A DNA stretch of 59,217 nucleotides from Basidiobolus meristosporus CBS 931.73. Lineage: Eukaryota > Fungi > Basidiobolomycota. Under the pieces are notes generated by a model, which did not search any database, was not told the origin of the DNA, and saw only the letters and a program-made list of their open reading frames with translations. The DNA is taken from the NCBI GenBank assembly GCA_002104905.1, contig MCFE01000552.1, positions 1 to 59,217 of the forward strand. Reading direction: 5' to 3'. The translations under genes were made by a program, and so were the position numbers. Below are positions 23,495 to 36,000 of the stretch, in pieces; position 1 is the stretch's first letter; every line of letters begins with the position of its first letter.

Positions 23495-26400
23495 TGTTGT
23501 GCATCAACATTTAAAACCTGGCCAATTTTACTCCATTAGGTAATCTAGTACTCTAACTGATTTTCCCTAACCCAAACATAGCCAATCCTGGTTATGGTTT
23601 ATTTTATCACTTCTCAGATCTATTTTTAGCTGTCACACCTGATCAATTTTCATGTGGTCATTACATCCTCAACTGATCAGCTAAGCCTTTGCAAGGGATT
23701 AGTCATCTGAGATTTATCCAACCACCTAGCAGTTGCCAAGACATCAGCTAATTAATGATGCCATTTTTCATTTATCTTATGCATCTATCAACACCCCAAC
23801 AGATTTCAATTAGTCCAGTCTCTTGGTGCTTACTAATGCAACTCAATCAGAAAAGTATAAATAAAGTTTACTGAACCTTATGGTTTAGTGTGTGTCTCAA
23901 TGAAATTAAAATTGTACCTCAGCAAAATTAAGAATTCCACAATTCTGTTCTAGTTTCCACCCAAGCCTAGCACATCTAGTATTCCCAAGAACACCAAGCC
24001 TAGCCTGTATAGCAAACCAACTCTGTTGCCTTTATAGCCCAACTCAACTATCTACAAAACCAATATTAGACCAGAACCTTTCTGCTAATATTTCTGTCAC
24101 ACTTGACAATTCTAAGATTCTGCACTTAGTAATCACTTAGGTTCAGTTAACTCATTCAAGAGTTTTATTATACTTTTCTCTTGGATACAACATTTTTTTT
24201 GTTGAATTCCATTACATTCAACCGCAATACAATATGTCCTCAGCAGCAAGCAATCCAAATCTTTCCATGTTGGAAGAAGCCCGCAGAAATCAGGAAGAAC
24301 TAATGGAACAGCTTGAAAACATCATGCATGAAAGAAACACTTTGATGCTTGAGCACTCAAAGCTTGCCAAGACAAGATCTGACAATCATTGTAGAGATTA
24401 ACATCTTGAAGTTATTTCTGATTACCAAGATGAAATTGGAATTATCAAAGAAGCCCTGGAGAATTTTGCCATTGTAATTGACAGCATTGAAAATCCACCA
24501 AGCCTTGCTCTGCATCAGCCACCAAGAAGTCATGCCTTTGGATCCTCCAGATTCACATCTCCCTCTAGACCTACCCTGGAGGTTGTCCCAAGATCCTGGC
24601 CTCTTTATGCTGAAGGAGCCAATGCCATAAAGAATCCTACTGAGTTTCTTTACAAGTTTAGTCATGTCTTAGTTGCACACCAGCTAGACCCTGATACCAA
24701 TTGGGCTAGACTTCTGCCTCTCTGTCTCACCATGCAAGATGCTGACTGGGTTGAGGTGAACATTCCTTCCAATAGTATATGGAAAGTTGAGCAGAACCTC
24801 ATTTGTGGCCATTTTGAAGATCCCCTCAAGAAAGCTCATCTAAACTGCAACTTATGGAAAACTAAAATGCAAAAAGGTGAATCTGTGCAACACTTCTGTG
24901 ATAGATTCCAGAGACAAATGAGACTAGCTGGAGTTAGTGATGACAATCCATTGCTTACTTCTCACTGTCTTTCAAACTTTTCACACCAGCTACAGAGAAA
25001 TATTGCTATTGTCAATGCATGCAACCCTGCACATACCTATAACAAAATCTCAGAGATATGTACACTTGCAATCACCATGACTGCAGCTATTAGCCAGGCT
25101 TTGGGCAACTCCATTCAAGATGCAGCAACAACTGGAAAAGAGGGCAGTCCTATGACTAGAAAAAGTCAACTGCTAGCAAACATTGTGAGCTTTGTGGAAG
25201 ATGCTATCATTCTACCAGTGAGTGCAAAGGCATCACTAAGCAGTTAAACAAGTCCAGAAACATGTCAGAGAAGCAGCAAAACACCAAAACTGATAATCCA
25301 TATGCTGATGACAAATGCTTTAAATGTGGAAAGATGGGACATTGATCACCTGCTTGTCCTGACAAGAACTCCACACAATTGGCAAAAAACACTCAGATTC
25401 TAGATGATCATTCAACCAATGGTATGACAGGGTATGAGGATGCATATGAAGAACTTACAGTTAAAGATTATCACAACTGCTTTGAAAATCCTGGCTAAAA
25501 TTGCAACTGTTCAAGAAAAGAAGCAACCAATTGAACAGCTAAAAGCTATAGAGGTGCCACTCAAGCTCAATACCCAATCATACATAGCACTACTGGATAC
25601 TGGATCATCCAATTCTATTGTATCACCTAATGTGGTCAAAGAACATAAATTGTCAATAGAAAAGCAACCTGTAAAAATCATACTTGCTGCTAAGGACCTC
25701 TCAGCCCCAAGAATTGGTGTCACCAACCCAATCAGCATACACTGTGGTTCAATAACTATAATCCATCAGATGGAAGTTATTGACATTCCAGGTGGACCTC
25801 AGGTAGACATTGGTCTAGACATCTTCACCAAGCTTGGCTTTCACATAGGCAGACTACCAGTTTTATATCCTGGAATCACTAAGTCTCAGCCACCCAGAAT
25901 AGATCAGATTCCAGAGATTATCTCTCCCCATCCAGAGGTAGAGGAGTCAACCCCAACTTTTCAAGCGTATTCTCAATCAATCAAATTGGAAATTCAGCCA
26001 GCCATAGAAAGAAACCAAGCCGTTCCCAGGAACAGTTTCTGCACTTTTCCAGAATCCATTATTACACTATAAACCCCACCTGGTGAGTCAACATGGAGGA
26101 GGCAAAACCCAATTCTGCATTCTTGTCAACACTTGGTTGATGAAATAGACCAAAAGTGGGCTGACAATGGAATTATCACTCAAGCCCCTGTCAACACAAC
26201 ATTCAACAGCCCTTTGATGCTTGCACCTAAGAAAGATGCTGATGGACATCTAACTTGGAAGAGACTCTGTTGGGGACCTTGACCTCTGAACAAGCTTCTC
26301 CAAGATAATAAATTTCCAATTCCAAGAATCCAGGATATCTTTTCCTCACTATCAGGCACAAAGGTGTGCTCCAAATTGGACTTGAAGGATGCATATCACC

Positions 26401-29400
26401 AATTCCAGATCCATCCTGATCATCAGCATCAGACTGCCTTTACTTGGAATAATATGCAATGGATGTTTCAGGGAGCTCCCTTTGGCCTAAAGACACTGAC
26501 CAGCAAGTTCCAGAGAGTCATGACTATAATACACAAGAGCATATCATACACCTTGGTATTTGTTGATGATGTCATCATATTTTCCACAAACCATGAGGAT
26601 CATGCAACCCATGTCACTAATGTAATCAATAAACTGACAGCTGCTGGACTGATTCTTAATGCAGAAAAGTGCAGCTTTGCCTGCCTCAAAATCAATCTAC
26701 TTGGATTCATTGTCACATCAGATGGCCACCAGCTTGATCCTTTCAAACTGGGCAATATTCCTGAATGGCCAAGACCCGCTAGTGCTAAGCAACTCCAACA
26801 TTATCTTAGAGTATTCAACTATTTCAGGGAACACATTCCTCTCATGTCCTCATTGAGTGCCCCTTTGGATGCATTACACCCTAGTCCTGATATTCCCTCA
26901 GCCTGGAACAAGGTTCATGACCAAGCATTTGTGTCACTCTGCCAGTTGCTCCCACAGATACCCACCCTATCCTACCCAGACTTTACTAAGACCTTTGTTG
27001 TTGCTATGGAAGCAAGTAATGTTGGGTTAGGGGCTGTCCTATACCAGGATGTATACCAAAATCCATCTCACTGGATATCTTTCCAAGACAGATCTCTACA
27101 TCCTACTAAGAGAAACTACTCTGCCACCAAGAAGGAGCTACTTGCCATAGTCTTTGCCACAAAGAAGTTTCATCAGTACCTATGGGGTAACCCTTTTACC
27201 TTGTACATTGACCACCAAGCCCTTGTCTATATCCACACTCAAAAGACTCTGACTCCAATGCTTACCAACTGGCTTGATACTCTACTTGATTATGAATATA
27301 CAGTTATTCATTGCCCAGGAATCCTCAACATCCTGCCAGACCACCTTTGATGACTTTTACCAACTTCACCTTAGGAGAGACATGTGATTACTGACATAAT
27401 CAGTAAGCTCACTACAACTTCCAAAATAATTCCTCAACTGGATTGAGCAACCTGGAAAATCCCACATACCAATGAAAGGAAAATGCTGATACAGAGGAGT
27501 CATCTACTTGGACACTTTGGAGCTAACACACTTATGAAGAAGCTACACTCTGATGGATATCACTGGCCAAATATCAAAGCTGACTGCCAAGAATTTGTCA
27601 AGTCTTGCAGAGAATGTCAGCTTTACAATATCAGCTGCCATGGATTTCACCCCTTGAGTCCCATCCATGCAAGCTTTCCTATGGATCATATTGCCATTGA
27701 TCTAGCTGAGCCTTTCACCACTAGTGATGATGGTAATCACTACCTCTTTGTAATTGTGGATGTCTGCACACATTTTGTCTTCCTCAAAGCTATCCCAGAC
27801 AAGTATGCTGCCACTATTGCACAAGCACTATTCAAGCTCTTCTGTCTTTTTGGATTCCCTAAGGTCATTCAACTGTATAATGGAACAGAATTTGTAAATC
27901 ATGTGATCAAAGCCCTCTGCCAGAATACTGCCATTGATCACCATCTGATCACTCCATATCATCCAAAAGCTAATGGACTTGCTGAAAGACATGTTCAGAC
28001 CTCAGTGAACATCATCAGGAAATCTATCAAGGGTATCAAGAAGAATTGGGACAAGTATATCCCCACTGTAGAGCATGCTAACAACACCAAAATTGCCACT
28101 CAACATGGATTAGCACCATTTTCTGTGATGTTTGGAAGAAGATACAACCACTTTAGGGACTACCAGAATACAGCGACTAGCAAGTTTGAGTACAGACAAG
28201 CTAACAAACTAGCTTGAGTACCTTACAAACATTGACCACCCTGCCATCAGTGCCAGAAGTAAGGCCACACAGCAAAAGATGACTTCAACATACGCCTCAA
28301 GACACAGGAACAGCAGTTTTCCAGATGGGTCATATGTCATGACACTAGATCCACTCTGACAATCAAAACTTGATCCCATATATGAAGGTCCATTTAAAGT
28401 TGTTAGACATACCACGGGAGGATCTTATATATTTCAGGACAATACTGGAGCACTGCTACCCAAAACTTTCCACCCTCCTCACTCAAACTTATATCTCAAG
28501 ACCCAGTTACTTCTGAATCCTACAAAGCTGAAGCTATTGTTGACTGTGATGTAGAAGAACCAAATTGCCTTTATTTAGTCAAGTGGAAAGGTTATGATGC
28601 CAAACATAACACCTGGGAGACTTACACCAACTTTGATGATGTTGCCATCATTGATCAGTATTGGAGCTGCAGAGGAAACCAGAAGTTATCAGAAAACTCC
28701 TCTCCTGGGAGGAAGTGATGTTGTGCATCAACATTTAAAACCTGGCCAATTTTGCTCCATTAGGTAATCTAGTACTCTAACTGATTTTCCCTAACCCAAA
28801 CATAACTAATCCCTGTTATGGTTTATTTTATCACTTCTCAGATCTATTTTTAGATGTCACACCTGATCAATTTTCATGTAGTCATTATGTCCTCAATTGA
28901 TCTGCCAAGCCTTTCCAAGTGATTAGTCATCGAAGATTTATCCAACCACTTAGCAGTTGCCAAGACATCAGCTAATTAATGATGCCATTTTTCATTTATC
29001 TTATGCATCTATTAACACCCCAACAGATTTCAATTAGTCCAGTCTCTTGGCGCTTACTAATGCAACTCAATCAGAAAAGTATAAATAAAGTTTACTGAAC
29101 CTTTTGGTTTAGTGTGTGTCTCAATGAAATTAAAATTGTATCCTCAGCAAAATTAAGAATTCCACAATTCTGTTCTAGTTTCCACCCAAGCCTAGCACAT
29201 CTAGTATTCCCAAGAACACCAAGCCTAGCCTGTATAGCAAACCAACTCTGTTGCCTTTATAGCCCAACTCAACTATGTACAAAACTAACATTAGACCAGA
29301 ACTTTTCTGCTAATATTTCTGTTACTCTTAACAATTCTAAGATTCTGCACTTAGTTATCACCTAGGTTCAGCTAGCTCATTCAAGAGTTTTATTACACTT

Positions 29401-29417
29401 TTCTCTTGGATACAACA
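23495..29417 (+). mobile_element. Ty3/gypsy chromovirus (Gypsy-2), degenerate
   Basis: LTRs 23495-24192 and 28719-29417; TSD CAGCC; PPT gggaggaagtga. Zn knuckle CFKCGKMGH, protease LLDTGSS (25434-26072), RT FVDD (26364-27350), integrase (27483-28217), chromodomain YLVKWKGYDAKHNTWE (~28520-28670). Confidence 0.96.
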
Positions 29418-30240
29418 CAGCCATCTGATCTGTTTTGCATCTATTTGATTGGTTGCATGCTAGCTATGATACGTTGTCCAATCACTAGGATCAGGGATTT
29501 GCTTGTTCAATGGGCAAAATGGGATATTTGATGGCAAATCAGGTAGCTTGTGTATTGGTCAAAGAGCCTATCAAGGGCTCATATCTTCAGGATACTTTTG
29601 GTCCAATTAGCTGCTGAGATACCATCCAATTGGAGTGAAGGTAACAAAGATGGTAAGCATCAGTCTAGTTTACATTGTGATAAGCATTTGTTTCCATTTA
29701 CATTAAAGAAACATATCCTAATACCAGACTTTACCTACCATAATAGCGGTATCCAATTGTGCACATGATGTAAACATTAGAAGTTGGTGCATTCATCCAT
29801 GCTAACCTCATAGTGTCAGATTGTGCCATAGTGTGCAAGATTGTCCCACATGGTGTAAAATTGTCCTAGAGCAGTCCTGCCTACTGGTAGCTATAATATT
29901 GGGCCCAATTGTTCTTAGAGACTGTGGATTGTACCACATGCCCTGGCATGGTACAATGGAACAAGTCTAGTATATAAGGGAGGCAATCCCTCAACAACAA
30001 ATAATCATCCCTTTTATCAATATACTGACTTGTTGATTAGGGTGATCACTGCTACCAACTGCTACCTGAACTTCTAATCCCAGACCACAGGACACTCCTA
30101 GGAAATGGTGCTCAAAGCCAACTGACCTTGGAGGCACAACTTGTGAGGAATACTCCAAGTAGGTATCTTTTATTATATTTGATTCTTTCCCAAGTTAGTT
30201 CTTGTACAGGCAAAGATACTTTTCTGCCTTTGTAACTATT

Positions 30241-30942
30241 AGACTTGTTCCGTTGGATAGTGCCACATTGAGCCATGAGTGCCAAATGATGCCATAGTGT
30301 GCCAGAGAGGCCAAGGGAGCCTATACTTGGCCACAGAGTGTGAAACATAGATCTGCATATTCATGCAAAGCAGCCCCTGTGTTTCACCTATGATGCAGGA
30401 GAAAATCCATTTTTTGACGTTTTTTTGTGGATCAATGTTATGCAGGATGTGTAAGTGCATAGAAGAGCTGAAGACATGCATCAGGTACTCAATACCCATG
30501 GCACTCTGAATTTAGCTCCTGTGGCTTGTAACATGTCACAAAAATGGATGGCACTATATTTAATTATTAGCCCTAAAGTAAGATCTATATAAAGCACCTA
30601 TAGTGCCAGATAGTACCAGTGGACCAAGATAGTGCCATGCATTTTTGGCACATGTTACAAGCCACAGGAGCTAGATTCAGAGTGCCATGGGTATTGAGTA
30701 CCAAATGCATATTTTCAACCCTTTTGTGCTCTTACACATCCTGCACAACATTGACAAAAAAAAAGGTCAAAAAATGGATTTTCTCCAATACAATTGGTGA
30801 AACCCAAGGGCTGCTTTGCATGAAGATGCAGGTCTATGTTTCACACCCTGTGCCAAGTATAAGTTCACTTAGCCTCCCTTGCACACTATGGCATCATTTG
30901 GCACTCATGGCTCAATGTGGCACTATCCAAAGGAACAAGTCT
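30241..30942. mobile_element. Fold-back element FB2 (opposite orientation to FB1)
   Basis: Same AGACTTGTTCC...GGAACAAGTCT termini; TSD ATT. The spacer is the reverse complement of the FB1 spacer. Confidence 0.92.
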
Positions 30943-31464
30943 ATTGACCACAGCAGCACTCTTATCAAGTGTCTGCTGGTGGAGTTTATAGTTGTTTTAA
31001 CTTTGAAATCTTTAGTACATTGTCATCTCAAAGGATGCTGAACCCAGCACATACTTCTATTAAGATACCAACCAAGTTTGGGATTGTAGCTCAATAGTTT
31101 TCCCTTGACATGCTTGTGGCTTTATTGCCAATCACATTAGATTGGAGACAGAGCCCAAGTATTCCTAGCAAGCTTCTGCCAGAGGTGTTTGCACCCAGTG
31201 AATACCCCACACACATAACACTTGAGAAGTGTTGGACATATATCTCCCTTGGACTTATACACCACCACAGTGGGGCCAAATTAATTTTCACAGGGAGCTC
31301 TTTCTGGTACATACAGTAGTTCTTTGAAGATAAGGGTGTGGCTCCTAACACTACTCCTGATGTCTATTGGAATTCTGTTGGACTGTGTCACTATTTTGTA
31401 AAAGCTTGTAATTGCACCAAGATAATAACCTAACTTAGTCACTTGGATAATTACCTTTAAGTCC

Positions 31465-33089
31465 CAGTTGTACATTGGGCATTTCAAGCTAAATAAGCCC
31501 TTCAAGATACTGGAGAAATTTGAAAGAATTGGCAAGATATTACAGAGTATCTGCTACCCTAAGTACGTCTCACAGGCTCCAATCAATATTCATATGCATA
31601 TGCAGTAATACAAATGCAAAGACTGGATGAACTGCATATGTATTTATTTAAGTGGCATTCTGAAGCCATTTCTACCAAGAGTACATTGGAAGCACTGGGA
31701 GTCAGATGTGGACATTGTAGGAATATTTATCCAGAAGTGGATCACCAATGCCAACTTGATGTATCTACAGCTCCTGTGCAAGGACTTTGTGATAGGATTT
31801 GAGCAGCCATACTACAAACATAAAACTGAACATGTAGATCTCTGCCACTACTGTATCCATTCTCTACTCCATCTTGCACAGTGTGTGGAGAATATTGGGC
31901 CTTGCTTCATCTTTTGGGAGTTTCCTATGGAGCAGATGTGTGGGGAGATAGGAAGACAAGTCAAGTTGCAGGTGCTACCATATCACAATCTCTTCAAGAA
32001 TATTACCTTCAAGTCTGTCATGGATGAGATGAGTTGGCACATGGAGGACAGCCAGGAAGAGCTGGAAAATACTGAGGACAGATGTACACAAGGAGACACC
32101 TATGCCTAAGGCATTAAGAAGCTAAGCAGCCCAAATGTGTGGGTAATCAGTTAAGTAATGCAAAGTTGGGTTGGGTGCAACAAGCAACCAATTTCTATCA
32201 GGAAAACTCTACCAAGGTATGCCAGATTTCTCATGGTCACAAGCCAACTTCTACACCATTCAATATGGAATTCATACAAACAAGAGCCAGCGCACACCTA
32301 TAAGGGGGACTAGAGTCCAACAGGGAGAAGGAATATATTGGCTAAATACCAAGAAGTTCTTTGTGGATATTCAGGGGGTATTCATGGCAGAAGTGGTGAC
32401 AACCAAGCATATGTTTGCAAGATATATATTTTACCAGTAATACCAGGTATATGGCAACTTTGCAAGTTTCACACTAAAAAGCTGTAAAGTTGAGGTGATA
32501 GAAGTATATCAGTTGTGCCAGGTGTGCACATTTGCAGAGGTTAGTAAGCAGGAGGCCAGAGTGTTTTTTGATCTGAACTATATGTGGAATACCCAAGGTA
32601 GTACTGGGTAAGCAAATAAAGAGAGGTGATTCTACAGTGGAATATATGAATTGCACAAGGGGAGGTAGAAAAAGGAAATACCACTTGGTAAATTGGTATG
32701 GTAGCATTATACAGAACTAGCTGTAGGCTGCTATACTGCTGTTATAATGCCGTCAGAATCTTGCTGTGAGGCCATTTAAATACTGTCATGTTTTGTGCCA
32801 TATAAGGCAATGGAATGTTCTGGCCAGTTGGATCCATTTGCAATAGTTGTAGTCCGCAATAAGACTGCAACAATGCCATGCAATCATTGTCACAGCACCA
32901 ATCAAATCCTGTCAAGTTTTATCACTTTATTTGGCAGTAATATTAGCAAAACACCGTTGTGATCCTGCCATAAGATTGTTAAGAGAGTCACTAATTCCAA
33001 GCTGCTGGTATTATCATTGTCTCTAAACAGGAACCTGACTGCTGATCTGGATTGGATCCACCCACAGGACAAAATTACTTTTCATAGGG
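31465..33089 (+). mobile_element. CMC/EnSpm-type transposon, 3' part with right terminus (copy C4)
   Basis: ORF 31627-32109 has HSLLHLAQCVENIGPCFIFWEFPMEQMCGEIGRQVK (DUF4218-like H..GP...W.FP.E motif). Ends ttacttttcataggg at 33089. Confidence 0.82.
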
Positions 33090-36000
33090 TTAATATTGGC
33101 TATAGCAGCCAAATATAAGCTTTTTATACACCAAATGGATGTAAAAGCTGCATTTTTGAATGGAAAACTTGCTCAGGATGTGTGCATGAGCCAGCCTGAT
33201 GGGTTTGCTGACCAAAACAATCCCCATTTGGACTGCAAGCTTAAAAAATCTCTATATGGACTCATACAATATCAAAAGCCTGGAATTGCCAGACAGATTC
33301 TTATTTGGAATTTTTGAGTCTCAAAAGGAGCAATGCTGACTATAGTGTATACTACAGGCCAGATAGAACAAATCCAGTGCTATTAGCTCTATATGCAGAT
33401 GATCTTACTAAAGCCACCAATAACCTAGAAACATTGGAAGAGACTAAATTCAGCCTATCTAAAGAGTTTACAATATCAATATCAGCTACCCCAATGGGGA
33501 CAAACCTTAACTTGATCAAATCTCAGCCAAATCAAGAGAGCTTGGCGCCATCTGAAAGCCCTGACTTTCCTTATCAATCTATGGTCAGCTGTCTGATGCA
33601 TAGCATGCTTGGAATATGTCCCGATATCTCATATCCAGTGGCAGTTGTCAGCCAGCATAATCAGATTTATTGGTCTGATCATATTACAGCAGTTAAGTAA
33701 ATTTTAAGATACCTAAAAGGAACTGCTGATATCTGCTGAAGGTACACCAATAAAGATTCAGAACAAGATATTGTGGGATATTCTGATGCTGGTTGGGGAC
33801 AAAACTTAGCAGACAGAAGATCCACCACAGGATACACCTTTCTTTACTGTAAAGGAGCAATTTCATGGGATTCAAGAAAGCAACCAACTATAGCACTTTC
33901 TACCACAGGGGCAGAGTATATGGGAGCCTGTGAAGCTACCAAATAAGCAATGTGATTAAGGAAGCTTTTTAAAGACTGAGGCTTATGTCATATGGTGCCT
34001 ATTACTTTATTTCATGATAATTGAGGATGTACTCAATTAGGTAGAAATCCAGCTTTTCATGCTAGAACTAAGCACATAGATATCAGAAATCATTTCATAT
34101 GTAAAGCTATAGGGGATAACCTAGTTAACTTGGCTTACTGTCTTACTGATGAAATGCTTGCTGACATATTCACCAAGCCATTAGCTAGTGACATGTATAA
34201 ATAATATAAGTCAAAATTAGGACTAGTCAGTATGAACATTTAGTTGAGTGGGAGTGTTGTAAAAATTTGTAATTTCACCTAAATACTCACCCAACTTAGC
34301 CACTTTGATCATTACCTTTGAATCCAAGAGAAAACTGAGCAAATTCCTTGTTAGGATTTACTTGGAATATTTTCACCAAAATTTCAGGTACCCAGAACAT
34401 GAAAATTAGATAAGTTGTCCAAACAGCCCCAAAGTTTGCACACATGCTTTTTGTTGTAAAAAATTGCAATTCCACCTAAATACTCACCTAACTTAGTCAC
34501 TTAGTTCATTACCCTCAAATCCTAGAGAATACTGACCAAATTGCTTGTTGGGATTTACTTAGAATATTCTCACCAGAATACCAGGTACCCAGAACATGAA
34601 AATTCTCAAAGTTGTTGAAACAGCCCCATACTTTTCACACATGTTCTTGGGACCTTCCTTAGTCTATTCTACGTGTTTGTAATGCCAAGACCAGGTAAAA
34701 GTATAAATACTACTTTTTCATTCAATAAATCATTAAGTGTAACCCACAAAATCTACTTGTTCTCCCAATCACTTCCAATATCTCCAAGACTCTTACAACA
34801 GGTTATGAGCCCCAAGCTGTCACTCTCTGCAATGTCTACTACTGCTATTACTGGAATTTTTCCCTCTGCTGAAAAGTTGGATGGATCTAACTACCAAGTG
34901 TGGAAGGTGAAGATAAAGATGCTGCTACAAGAAAGAGGCCTTTGGGATATTGTCATGGGAGAAGAATGCCCTCCTAAAAAAGTGGGAGAGGAAGCCTCAA
35001 AGTACCAGAGGAAAGAACAAAGTGCCTTCAACTGCATTTGCCTTGATGTTAAAGACAAATTGCTAATTCAATGCTCAAGAGCAAAAACAGCAAAGAATGC
35101 CAGGAAGGCATTAGAAGACACCTACCAGTCATGTTCAGCTGCCAAGAAAATGTATCTGAGACAAAAATTCTTTACTACAAAGATGCTCCCAGGAGAAGAA
35201 AAGAAAAATCTAATTAACAGAATTACCCTGCTGGTAGCTGAGATGGAATCTGTGGGTGTACCAGCTACTGATGAGGATGTGATAGGTACCATCCTGAATA
35301 GCCTGACAGACAAGCTTCATAGCGTTGTATCAGCCCTAGAGCCCAGAACTGAAGATTTGACCTTAAATTATGTATATGGAAGGCTCCTGGATGAAGAATT
35401 AAGAAAATCAAGCGCCGATAAGAAGGAAGAAGAAAGTGCTTTAATAAGCAATGATAACCAACAAATGAGGTACCCTAGACCCTATAAAGGCAACAGCAAC
35501 CTGTTTTGTAACTACTGCAAAAGGAAAGGACACACATCAGACAGGTGTCTCAAAAAGAAAGATAATCAGCAAAAGAAGCCTGAATATGGAAATGCTGCAA
35601 CAACTGAAGATAGACTATTGATATCTGCACTAAATATGACCACAAACAAGGATTCTCAGACCTGTTATATTGACTATGGAGCATCTCAACACTTTACACA
35701 CCAAAAAGAACTTTTTACCCAATATCAAGAAATTCTAGTTAAGAAGGTTTCATGGGTGACAATAGAACACTTAATGCAGTGGGAGAAGGAACTATCCAAG
35801 TAAACCTTGGAAGCAGTGAAGGAAGGCATACACTGACCTTTAAAGAAATACTCTATTTACCAGAAATAACCAAGTACCTACTCTCTGTAAGCAAGGCCAC
35901 AGCAGAAGGACTCAGTTTCAGTTTTGACAATTCTGGATGCAGGATCACTGATCAAAATGGTGCCCATATTGCTTTGGGCATCAGAGATCAGAATCTATAC

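Larger units (their letters stand above)
21357..29968 (-). mobile_element. PHIS-superfamily (PIF/Harbinger-IS5-like) DNA transposon, ~2.7 kb once the nested chromovirus is removed
   Basis: Left end gaacttgttctgttggatagtgcca and right end caatggaacaagtct match the FB termini. Flanks are GGT / AGT (imperfect TSD). Contains a DDE transposase and a divergent ORF2. Confidence 0.75.

Noticed and set aside
31320-31464. Short copia protease-region fragment (-) and LTR-start fragment (+) as the 5' end of Copia-B0
   Set aside because: Too short and diverged, with no TSD; cannot be tied to B0.
34673-34830. gag ORF apparently starting inside the LTR (MFVMPRPGK...), also at 40356, 39006 and 44276
   Set aside because: The start codons lie upstream of the LTR TATA (gtataaa ~34700), so they would not be in an LTR-driven transcript; the same frame is closed in B1.
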